From the UHGV virus genome UHGV-0267581: 30,715 bases of DNA, one strand, 5' to 3'. The notes beneath the pieces were generated by a model. It made no database searches. It saw only the letters and a program-made list of their open reading frames with translations, and was not told where the DNA came from. Of this stretch, positions 15,251 through 23,142 are shown piece after piece. The translations under genes were made by a program, and so were the position numbers. The stretch's first letter is position 1; the number at the start of each line of letters is the position of its first letter. The stretch is from a virus.

Positions 15251-15721
15251 TCCGGCAGTGAAGATTTGCTGTTTCAGCGGAGCACCATCCACCGCGAAGG
15301 TAAACTCTTTGGTTACAACTTCTTCATCGCCACCGTTCATAGCAACTTTAGAAATGAAGCCGTTGAAAGCGGTGCGAATACCAGTCTGTTTTGCTGCGTC
15401 AACGTAATATTCTACTTTAATCTGAATACGAGTACCGTCTTCGGCAGCTTTGATCAGTTTTTCATGTACCGCATCGCCTGGGATGTAGTTAACGGTCAGA
15501 GTCAGATCAGGAACGTTCAGCTTCCCTACCAGTTTACGGTTATACTGAGAAGAGAAGGATTTAACTTCTACAGTACCGCGCTCGATACCAGTTTCAGGAA
15601 AACCAGCACACTCTTTAATTTCTTCGTAGCTTTCGTGGTCGAGAGCGGTATTAGTGGTGTCCGCGTGATAGAACAGACTTACCAGACCACCAGTAAAAAT
15701 ATCTTTGAATTGCTGAGACAT
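15248..15721 (-). CDS. major tail (tube) protein candidate, 157 aa
   Basis: AAGGGGTAATTCT SD context shared with the other abundant late genes; size and position fit a tail-tube protein; carries the TGA-readthrough extension. The role (tube versus other abundant virion protein) is inferred. Confidence 0.5.
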   Translation of the reverse strand: MSQQFKDIFTGGLVSLFYHADTTNTALDHESYEEIKECAGFPETGIERGTVEVKSFSSQYNRKLVGKLNVPDLTLTVNYIPGDAVHEKLIKAAEDGTRIQIKVEYYVDAAKQTGIRTAFNGFISKVAMNGGDEEVVTKEFTFAVDGAPLKQQIFTAG

Positions 15722-15777
15722 AGAATTACCCCTTAATTAAAATTGTTATTACGGGGGAACTAGTCCCCCGACTTTTA

Positions 15778-18700
15778 TTATTTAGTTGCTTTCAGTTCGG
15801 CAATTTCTTTCTGTAATGCTTCGATCTGGGCTTTATATTTGGCGTCCATTTCCTGCATAGCTTTGATGATTAAAGCATTGACAGCAGAGTTAGAAATAGT
15901 CTTGATTGCTTCTGGATTTTCTGGATCTTCGGTGGATTGAATACCTACTGCTTCCGGCAATACTTCTTCCAGATCCTGAGCAATAATACCTACTTCGCGT
16001 TTAATCACACTACGGTCTTTAAGAGATTTAACTTTATCGTAGGTGTAGACTTTCAGTGAGTTTACTTTCTCTAATGCGCCGTCCTGTAATTCTTCCTTGT
16101 TAATCTTCAAACGGGAGTCAGAGCGAATGTAAACATCGTTAAACGAACCGTTACGACCTGCGGTAAAGTCACCAGCAGCGTTAAAGTCAAAGTTAGTATC
16201 ATGAACATGGAGACGAACAAGAGCGTTACCGATAGTACCGTCAGGAACGTGCACACCCATTGCTGCAATGTGATATTTACCCCAATGCGTCGCTTTCCAT
16301 ACGTTATGTGCCGAGTTGGTGGATTGAGGACACCCAACCATAAGACCAGCAGCACGGTCACGCCAGCTAGCCCAACTACCGCCAGCAACTTCACCACGAA
16401 TCAGGCCATTACCGCCACCGGTTACAGTACCAGATTCCAACTGGATCATTTTATCTGCAAATTTCCACATCTGGGCTTGTTTCTGACCACGGAAGCGAAT
16501 AGCACCAGCATCATCGCAGTACATCAAGCCTAACTCTAAACCGTTCGGATCTCTAAACCAGATGTGCTTATTGCCAGTGCGTTTAAACTCAATATCAGCA
16601 CCGTTGATAGTGATATTACCGCCAGTGTGAATTGCTTGAGGCTTAACAGTACCGTTGATGGCAAACTCAATTGCCGTAGTACCCGGACCGCCCGGACGTT
16701 GGGTATACCAATGCCAACCGCTTTCATCAGCACATTCAAATACTTGTTTACGAGCATCAGCGCCCCATGCACGAATATTGAAACTAGAAGTAGCTGTACC
16801 CTTACCCCAGCGAATCAGACCAGCAGATTCCAAATCACCGAAGAATTTAGTTTTAATCGCACCAGTTGCTAAAGTACGTTCAGTGGTGAAGTGAGCACCT
16901 TTACTATCTTCAAGCTGTATAACGTTATCACGAGCGTTATTGCTATCGCCCCAATGACTCAAACGGAAATAGTCGCGGGATTGTCCAGCACCAGCATCAA
17001 ATGTTAAATATTGGCCTTTAATGTATGTGTTTCCAGCAAAACGAGCAGCACGACTTGCACGTTCTAAGACTAATGCACCTTCGTTACCATCACCACCCAA
17101 AGTAACATTACCGCTACCCAGATTGTAAATGAATGGACGATAGCCGTTCCAACCACCAAATTTATCATTTTCGGCAGTAGACAGAAGATATACGTTTTGA
17201 CCATCATTACGCCAGAATGCACCATAGTTACCGTAAATCATACGGAATGCATCACTGTTAGCAGCTACATATTGACCATTGGTGTATACAATTTTGGTAG
17301 CACCTGTGCTTAAAGATACTTGACCACTTGCTTCTAATTTAACAAAGTTTTTACCTTCGTCACTATACCATTGAAAATCGTTAGTATCTGTAGAACCAAA
17401 ACCAAACCAGCCTTGACGTTTATTAGCCCCGTCTCGCTGATCCATATATTCAAAATAGTTACTACGACCAGTAGGACGCCACATACGAATCGCGTTATTG
17501 CCTTGCAGATGAAGTCTATCGACAAATAAACCATCACTACCAACAATTTTTAATACTTCTTTTTGGTCGGTGGAACCAGTAGCCAAACGATACACATCAC
17601 CTTGAACAGTTTCATGCCATATTGTTTCCGCCGCACGACTGCGGAATTTACGCATATATTTTTTATTGTTGTCTGGTACGTTATTAAGGCTCACAATATC
17701 ATAGGTTGCTTGTGAGTTATTATCAAACATCAACGTTCCGGCTTTGTTTTCGGTGTTGAACATCGTAATAACACGAGCATCGGTAACACCAACAGAAGGT
17801 TTAACGAGAGTTAATTCAGGAACATCATGTACTGTCAGAGTAACGCCATCAGTTTTACCGTATTCGACAATAACGTTATCGGTGTAACGACCGTAGTTAA
17901 CGTAGATATCGTAGTTATCACCGGAAGTATTAACCGCAAATACTTGATGAACGTTCAGAGCATTTCGACGATAAGCAGCAATACTAACGCCTTTCGGGTT
18001 ATTGTTACCGGAACGGATGACAATTTCTACAAAGTCAACCTGATCATAAGAGTTAACGTTATAACCATTACCACCGAAGATACGAAGCATTACCATTCGA
18101 CCATTCTGTGGGATCGTAGCGGTTGCGATCTTGAAGTATCCACGAGTAGCATCACCAGAAGGAACGGTCATTCTAACGTTCTTGATGAACATCTGATCAA
18201 CTTCGGCTTTACTATACACACCCAATTCAGTCGGAGTCGGCTTATCACCTTCGTGATACATGCGGTAGCTGAATCGCTTATTACCATCTTTATCAAAGCC
18301 ATAGGTTTTAACTTGAGATGAGCTAGACCCATAGTGGAACTCAAAACCGCGACCGTGTGCTTTACCGCCAGAATGAGGAATGTTAAGGATTAAGTTACCC
18401 CAACCTTCGGCATTGTTTGGACGGAATGCACCAAAATAATCAAGGTTACGAGCACCAGCATCATCAAAATAGTTAGCTGTTTTGGTTAACAGATAGCCGT
18501 GATGGTAAGTGTTGGTATTCTTCTTGATGTAAGCAGCATCGGCACTACCTTCAATAGAATCAATTCGCTGGTTAGCTGCGGCAATTGCGGCATCAGTAGA
18601 AGATTTATTCTGGTCTACCTTGTTGTTAATTGCTGTATGGTTGCTATTAACTGTCCCCGTAAGATTGGTGATCTTCGTGTCGGCATCGCGTTTATTATTT

Positions 18701-19278
18701 GCTACGGTCGTTTCTATGGCTGATTTATTTGCTGAGACAGTATTCGTTAAGTTAGTAACGTTGGTATTAGTCTGATCAACTCGTGCATTAATATCTGTCT
18801 TGTTCTTGTTAATTGTTGCGTTGATAGTATCGCGGGTTGAAGTAATAGTCTGATTCAGTTCAGTCTTAGCAGCCGCCAGAGCGTTAGCCGCTTCGGTTTT
18901 ATTGTTACCTACTGTGGTAGTCAAAGCATCAATTCGTTTGTTGGCTGCGGTGTCGCCAGCAGTGATTGAAGCATTGAGAGCATCACGGGTAGAAGTGATA
19001 GTCTGATTCAGTTCAGCTTTAGCACTAGCCAGATTATTAGCGGCTTCTTGTTTGTTGGAAGCAATAACACGGTCAGTGCTAGTTTTGTTATTGTCTACTT
19101 TCGTATTCAGTTCAGCGTGTTTTTCTGGAGAAACACTAATTTGGACTACGTTATTATTTTTGTCTTTGGTGTAAATCACATGATCCGCCAACTGTAAGGC
19201 GATTTCACCCTGTGATAATTGTTCCGGCGTTGGTTTTTTACCCGCCGTCTGTGTGCGTTTAAATTGGATTGATTGCAT
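15778..19278 (-). CDS. side (L-shaped-type) tail fiber with C-terminal intramolecular chaperone, peptidase S74-like (1166 aa)
   Basis: C-terminus YIRSDSRLKINKEELQDGALEKVNSLKVYTYDK... matches the autoproteolytic chaperone signature known from phage T5 pb1 and endosialidase tailspikes; N-terminal 51-residue tandem repeats (ELNQTITSTRD twice); two KPTPxELG fiber-anchor-like motifs (residues 15-22 and 346-353). Confidence 0.8.
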   Translation of the reverse strand: MQSIQFKRTQTAGKKPTPEQLSQGEIALQLADHVIYTKDKNNNVVQISVSPEKHAELNTKVDNNKTSTDRVIASNKQEAANNLASAKAELNQTITSTRDALNASITAGDTAANKRIDALTTTVGNNKTEAANALAAAKTELNQTITSTRDTINATINKNKTDINARVDQTNTNVTNLTNTVSANKSAIETTVANNKRDADTKITNLTGTVNSNHTAINNKVDQNKSSTDAAIAAANQRIDSIEGSADAAYIKKNTNTYHHGYLLTKTANYFDDAGARNLDYFGAFRPNNAEGWGNLILNIPHSGGKAHGRGFEFHYGSSSSQVKTYGFDKDGNKRFSYRMYHEGDKPTPTELGVYSKAEVDQMFIKNVRMTVPSGDATRGYFKIATATIPQNGRMVMLRIFGGNGYNVNSYDQVDFVEIVIRSGNNNPKGVSIAAYRRNALNVHQVFAVNTSGDNYDIYVNYGRYTDNVIVEYGKTDGVTLTVHDVPELTLVKPSVGVTDARVITMFNTENKAGTLMFDNNSQATYDIVSLNNVPDNNKKYMRKFRSRAAETIWHETVQGDVYRLATGSTDQKEVLKIVGSDGLFVDRLHLQGNNAIRMWRPTGRSNYFEYMDQRDGANKRQGWFGFGSTDTNDFQWYSDEGKNFVKLEASGQVSLSTGATKIVYTNGQYVAANSDAFRMIYGNYGAFWRNDGQNVYLLSTAENDKFGGWNGYRPFIYNLGSGNVTLGGDGNEGALVLERASRAARFAGNTYIKGQYLTFDAGAGQSRDYFRLSHWGDSNNARDNVIQLEDSKGAHFTTERTLATGAIKTKFFGDLESAGLIRWGKGTATSSFNIRAWGADARKQVFECADESGWHWYTQRPGGPGTTAIEFAINGTVKPQAIHTGGNITINGADIEFKRTGNKHIWFRDPNGLELGLMYCDDAGAIRFRGQKQAQMWKFADKMIQLESGTVTGGGNGLIRGEVAGGSWASWRDRAAGLMVGCPQSTNSAHNVWKATHWGKYHIAAMGVHVPDGTIGNALVRLHVHDTNFDFNAAGDFTAGRNGSFNDVYIRSDSRLKINKEELQDGALEKVNSLKVYTYDKVKSLKDRSVIKREVGIIAQDLEEVLPEAVGIQSTEDPENPEAIKTISNSAVNALIIKAMQEMDAKYKAQIEALQKEIAELKATK
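18821..19060 (-). repeat. intragenic tandem direct repeat in the fiber gene (two units about 153 bp apart)
   Basis: Identical 18-mer TAGTCTGATTCAGTTCAG at 18846-18863 and 18999-19016 with similar flanks; encodes the duplicated ELNQTITSTRD segments. Confidence 0.7.
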
Positions 19279-19359
19279 CTAGAATCACCTCACTATAAAA
19301 CAGGAATAAGGGAGGCGTTAACCTCCCAACGTTCATGTTTTATTTAGGTAGGAGAATCC

Positions 19360-20193
19360 TTAGTATTCGCCGAAATCGATCCGGTCAGTCTTAGCCACTG
19401 CGCCAATTTCGCTAGGTGTCGGTTTCTCATTGGTGGAATATACCTTGATCCATTCAGAACGACCGTTTTCCTGAATATTTCGGACACGTAAACGCGGTGC
19501 GCCAGAAGTATTACAGGTTAATTGCCATGCGCCATGCTCATTAGCTTGAAGGTGAATTAATGCTGTGTCGGTTGAATATGGATTACCGCTAGCAGTTCCC
19601 TTGTAAGTTACGAAACGGTTTCCGGCTAATGCCTCGCTGTCAATCGGACCCGTGAATGGATTTACACCAGCACCCAAACCAAAATCACCCTGACGTAAGA
19701 TCCGGCCTTCGGTAGCAATACCCCTTGCCAAAATCCCGCCATCTGGTTCAAGTTTAAATTCCAGTGTTACAGCTTTGTTATCACTACCACGGGTTTTATG
19801 TGATGTGACGTAAGCATCGAATATACAAAAGTACCCTGTGTTAGCAGCACTATAGCCAGAGTTCACAACATAGAACATACGGAAGCGTAAAGGTGTTTTA
19901 TCCTCTACCGCTTTCATCAACATTGCTTGATGTTCATCGTCAAGAACACGGTTTAATGTGAGTGTTGTCGGTTCCAGTCTACGATAACCAGCAAGTTTCC
20001 CCGTAGCGTCCTGATCGTACTCTTCCAGAGTTTCTATCTCTGTGGATTCGGTTAGCGTAGGGAATGCTGCGATGTTCTCCATAGAACTAAAGCTAGGATC
20101 GAAAAAGTCGACCTGATTGTCTATCTGGTTAGAGATCGACACTTCAACATGTGATCCAGTGAAAATATCTAAGTTATCTTGTGTAATATTCAT
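19360..20193 (-). CDS. virion structural protein (277 aa); possible tail or collar protein with a C-terminal KPTPSEIG motif
   Basis: Late-operon position between connector-size genes and the fiber; the C-terminal NEKPTPSEIGAV resembles the motifs in the fiber; followed by a hairpin. Confidence 0.5.
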   Translation of the reverse strand: MNITQDNLDIFTGSHVEVSISNQIDNQVDFFDPSFSSMENIAAFPTLTESTEIETLEEYDQDATGKLAGYRRLEPTTLTLNRVLDDEHQAMLMKAVEDKTPLRFRMFYVVNSGYSAANTGYFCIFDAYVTSHKTRGSDNKAVTLEFKLEPDGGILARGIATEGRILRQGDFGLGAGVNPFTGPIDSEALAGNRFVTYKGTASGNPYSTDTALIHLQANEHGAWQLTCNTSGAPRLRVRNIQENGRSEWIKVYSTNEKPTPSEIGAVAKTDRIDFGEY

Positions 20194-20202
20194 TATTACC
20201 CC

Positions 20203-20625
20203 TTAAAAACGCGCTAGATAAGAAAATTTAAGGCTAAGTGTCCCAACGATACCCCCATCACTAGAATCATCGTCATAATCGGTATTAGAAGCTACTGGAG
20301 TGATATCTGAAATAGAGAAGCCCAAATCTTTAAATCGTGGGTTATCCGGCTGAATCTGGATTATCTGGCAAATACCCTCATGGATTTTTGTTTCATGAAT
20401 CTGAGAATATAATTGCATTTCGATAACGCATTCAGCTTGCATTGCATTACCACCACGAACACGCGTATAAGTTTCATTCATGCCAGTAATCCAACAAACC
20501 ACGTCATCACTAAAGCCTTGCTGAGTTTGTTCTACGTTTAAAGCCAGACCTAAATCTTGTTCGATAATATCTTGCAAGGCGCGTTTGATTTTCAGTCTCG
20601 GCATATTATTAACGGTAGCGAGCAT
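20203..20625 (-). CDS. head-tail connector or tail completion protein candidate (140 aa)
   Basis: Position after the capsid gene; AGGGGG SD; small acidic protein. Positional call only. Confidence 0.45.
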   Translation of the reverse strand: MLATVNNMPRLKIKRALQDIIEQDLGLALNVEQTQQGFSDDVVCWITGMNETYTRVRGGNAMQAECVIEMQLYSQIHETKIHEGICQIIQIQPDNPRFKDLGFSISDITPVASNTDYDDDSSDGGIVGTLSLKFSYLARF

Positions 20626-20899
20626 GTGTACCCCCTGCTAAAGTGATAAAGCAATCACAAGTATTGTCACCATTGCGCTTAACGTATTGAACTTTGAAAC
20701 GCTGGTTTTCTACTGTGACAATATCACCTTGCTTTAAGTCTCCCTCACGACAGAATAGAAATTCGGTTTCTGTCATTACACCTGATTCGTCGGTAGTAGT
20801 AATTTCATGGTAAGCACGAATTGATTTACCACCTTCCACCGAAAATACAGGAGCACTTTTAAACATTCGATTTAATTGTGATTCTGATAATTTGAACAT
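20609..20899 (-). CDS. head-tail connector / head completion protein candidate (96 aa)
   Basis: First gene after the capsid terminator. Positional call only. Confidence 0.45.
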   Translation of the reverse strand: MFKLSESQLNRMFKSAPVFSVEGGKSIRAYHEITTTDESGVMTETEFLFCREGDLKQGDIVTVENQRFKVQYVKRNGDNTCDCFITLAGGTHARYR

Positions 20900-20929
20900 A
20901 GTTACCCCCTTTATGGAGTATTTACATAC

Positions 20930-20955
20930 AAAAAAGCCCCACCGTTAGGCAGGGC
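20930..20955 (-). terminator. intrinsic terminator downstream of the capsid extension (GCCCUGCC-UAAC-GGUGGGGC then U6)
   Basis: Near-identical to the hairpin at 15095-15121, including both G-U wobbles. Confidence 0.6.
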
Positions 20956-20961
20956 TAATTA

Positions 20962-21093
20962 TTATTCTTTAGTTTTACGTTGTTTTTTAACTGTGGCTTT
21001 CGCCGTAACCGTCTGAGATTCTTCTTCCTGAGATGGAATCAGATTTTCTTCCCCCAAATCGGGGGAAGGTTCAGATGGTTCTACGTTAGTTCA
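20962..21093 (-). other. in-frame recoded extension after a TGA stop (42 codons: TNVEPSEPSPDLGEENLIPSQEEESQTVTAKATVKKQRKTKE, ending TAA)
   Basis: Hand-translated; same frame as the capsid gene, no ATG, conserved UGA-ACU-AAC context and VTAKAT basic tail shared with the 15128-15250 extension. Confidence 0.55.
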
Positions 21094-23097
21094 TTCAGCG
21101 GAGATGTGAAGAACTTTCAGAGCTTCCGGCTGAACTACGGTGAAGTCCAGGTCTACCCAGATACGCGGAACGATAGCAGACTGTGCGCGGTAAGTGGTGT
21201 CGTCCATATCCAGTTCCAGACCACCCCATTCACCGATCATGATACCGGAGAAGTCACCCAGAACGATGTGGTCTGCCGGAATAACGCCAGAAGTAACTAC
21301 ATCGTAACCAGCCAGTTTGCCGTTTTCGATGATATAACCGGAAACGCCGTTATCTTTCAGGGTAGATTCCAGTTCAGCAGCAGTTGCACCGCTCATTGCA
21401 AACTTGATGGACTGTGCCGGAACGCCAGCGTCGGTCAGTGCTGCAATTTCTTTCAGGAAGTCTTTGTAGCTAAAAGCGGCTTTCTTAGTAACGCGACCAC
21501 CGTCTACCAGTTGCTTAACCAGACCTTTCGGACCGCGCTCGTTGTCTTTGTCAGACAGAATCAGTTGTTCCAGTTTGATCCGAACAGATTTGTTAATGTG
21601 ATCAGTGATCAGGGTAGCAATATTCGGAACAGTTTTCAGAGACTGACGGCTGATCGGGTTGCCACCAGCAAAAGTTTTCGGAGCCATTTTCACGTTTTCA
21701 AAGCTAGCCTTCGATTCGGGGGCACTTCCATTTTCATCAACAAAACCAAAGGCTTCGACGCTGGAAGCAGTCATTTTTGGTACTGCAATCGGGCTATTCA
21801 GACCAGACAGAACAGTCACACCCAGACGACCCAGAACAGACTGTGGAAGCAGCATTTCTACATAGGATTCGGTCAGCAGTTTTTCGTCGGTTACAGCGGT
21901 CAGAGTAGCTTTGGTGTTACCTTCGGAAGCAGCACGCAGAGCAGCAGCCGGAACGAATACAGAGCCACCGCGAGCAGCACGACCACGCTGCATTGCAGCA
22001 CCAGCAGCCATAGCGGAATATTCAGCTTCGTTAGCGCCGAGCACGTCGCCATCTACCAGGGAGCGGATTACGTTATTAAGATCGAAAGTTTTTTCCATGA
22101 TTTGTTCCTTATTAATTTGTTCGTTATTACGTTGAACATTGGTAATGTTATTTAGTGCCTTAGTGCGGAATGCTTCCGGCGTCATATCTTTAACTGCCAA
22201 TGCGCGTTCTAATTCTTCGTCGTTAATATTTAACTCACGAGCGATTGCTCGGATTTCTTCTTCGTCTTCTTCGGAACGTTCAGCCACTTCTTCTATTTTT
22301 TCTTCTTCAACCGGAGCGGCTTCACGTTCTTCTTTTACTTCTTCTGTTTCCCGAACAGTTGAACTATCATCATCAACACTTTCAGGATGTTTAGCGTCTT
22401 TTCCGTCTTCGAGATTTTCATCTTCTTTATTCTCTTCAACTTGGCGCTCTTGAGTTTCTTCTACTTCCGGTTCTTTATTTTCTTCTACCGGAGTTTCTTC
22501 AACCTGAGCGGGTTCTTGTTCTTCTTTGATTTCTTCGATTTGTTCTTTAGTCATATCGCGTTTAGCCTCCAAATTAACTGTGATAGTATTTAGAGAGCGA
22601 TTCAGACCCACGGTGTCGTCTGCGGGAACAGACACCCATGAAACCTCGTGAGGAATCCATTTAGTAACAATCAATTGTCCTTTGGTGTAGTCGATGTGAT
22701 ATTCTTTAATGTCATAACCGACAGAAATTTTTTCCATCGTACCTTCAATGACTTTATTACGAATATCATTAGCCAAAGTGCCATGCTTAGAGAATTTAAC
22801 CAGAGCACGACCTACGTTATCCGCATCGATTCGAGCGTTACAAACGACACCAATATGATTATCGAAATTATGATTGAACAGCAACGGAGCGTTATTATTC
22901 AGACGAGACAGATCAACCGCTTCCGGTGTATGTACCAGAATTTCATCTAATACCACCATTTCTTGATTTTGCTCATCCCAGAATTGGCGCTGATAAGGCT
23001 GTTCACTGGAGAAAGCAATTTCAAATTCGTATTGATCATTCTGCCCTTCGTTAATAACTCCACCGTAACCGTTAAGATCGCGGCGAAATTTAAGCAT
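21091..23097 (-). CDS. prohead protease / acidic linker / HK97-type major capsid protein encoded as one 668-aa polypeptide
   Basis: N-terminal roughly 170 aa resemble HK97-family prohead proteases; a roughly 120-aa Glu-rich low-complexity linker follows; the C-terminal roughly 300 aa resemble HK97-fold major capsid proteins; sits after the portal in the canonical order. Confidence 0.8.
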   Translation of the reverse strand: MLKFRRDLNGYGGVINEGQNDQYEFEIAFSSEQPYQRQFWDEQNQEMVVLDEILVHTPEAVDLSRLNNNAPLLFNHNFDNHIGVVCNARIDADNVGRALVKFSKHGTLANDIRNKVIEGTMEKISVGYDIKEYHIDYTKGQLIVTKWIPHEVSWVSVPADDTVGLNRSLNTITVNLEAKRDMTKEQIEEIKEEQEPAQVEETPVEENKEPEVEETQERQVEENKEDENLEDGKDAKHPESVDDDSSTVRETEEVKEEREAAPVEEEKIEEVAERSEEDEEEIRAIARELNINDEELERALAVKDMTPEAFRTKALNNITNVQRNNEQINKEQIMEKTFDLNNVIRSLVDGDVLGANEAEYSAMAAGAAMQRGRAARGGSVFVPAAALRAASEGNTKATLTAVTDEKLLTESYVEMLLPQSVLGRLGVTVLSGLNSPIAVPKMTASSVEAFGFVDENGSAPESKASFENVKMAPKTFAGGNPISRQSLKTVPNIATLITDHINKSVRIKLEQLILSDKDNERGPKGLVKQLVDGGRVTKKAAFSYKDFLKEIAALTDAGVPAQSIKFAMSGATAAELESTLKDNGVSGYIIENGKLAGYDVVTSGVIPADHIVLGDFSGIMIGEWGGLELDMDDTTYRAQSAIVPRIWVDLDFTVVQPEALKVLHISAE

Positions 23098-23142
23098 TTA
23101 ATCACCTTTAATTAATTGGGGGCATTGCGCCCCCGTTGGTTA

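Noticed and set aside
15141-15736. Plus-strand ORFs 15141-15407 and 15206-15736 opposite the tail-tube candidate and its extension
   Set aside because: Antisense shadows; the minus-strand reading has the SD, the conserved stop context and the terminator.
20980-22155. 391-aa plus-strand ORF and several 60-100 aa ORFs (21659-21865, 21911-22135, 22139-22453, 22387-22593, 22648-22950) opposite the protease-capsid gene
   Set aside because: Antisense to the capsid gene; Ser/Phe-rich low-complexity translations produced by the Glu-rich coding strand; no ribosome-binding sites.
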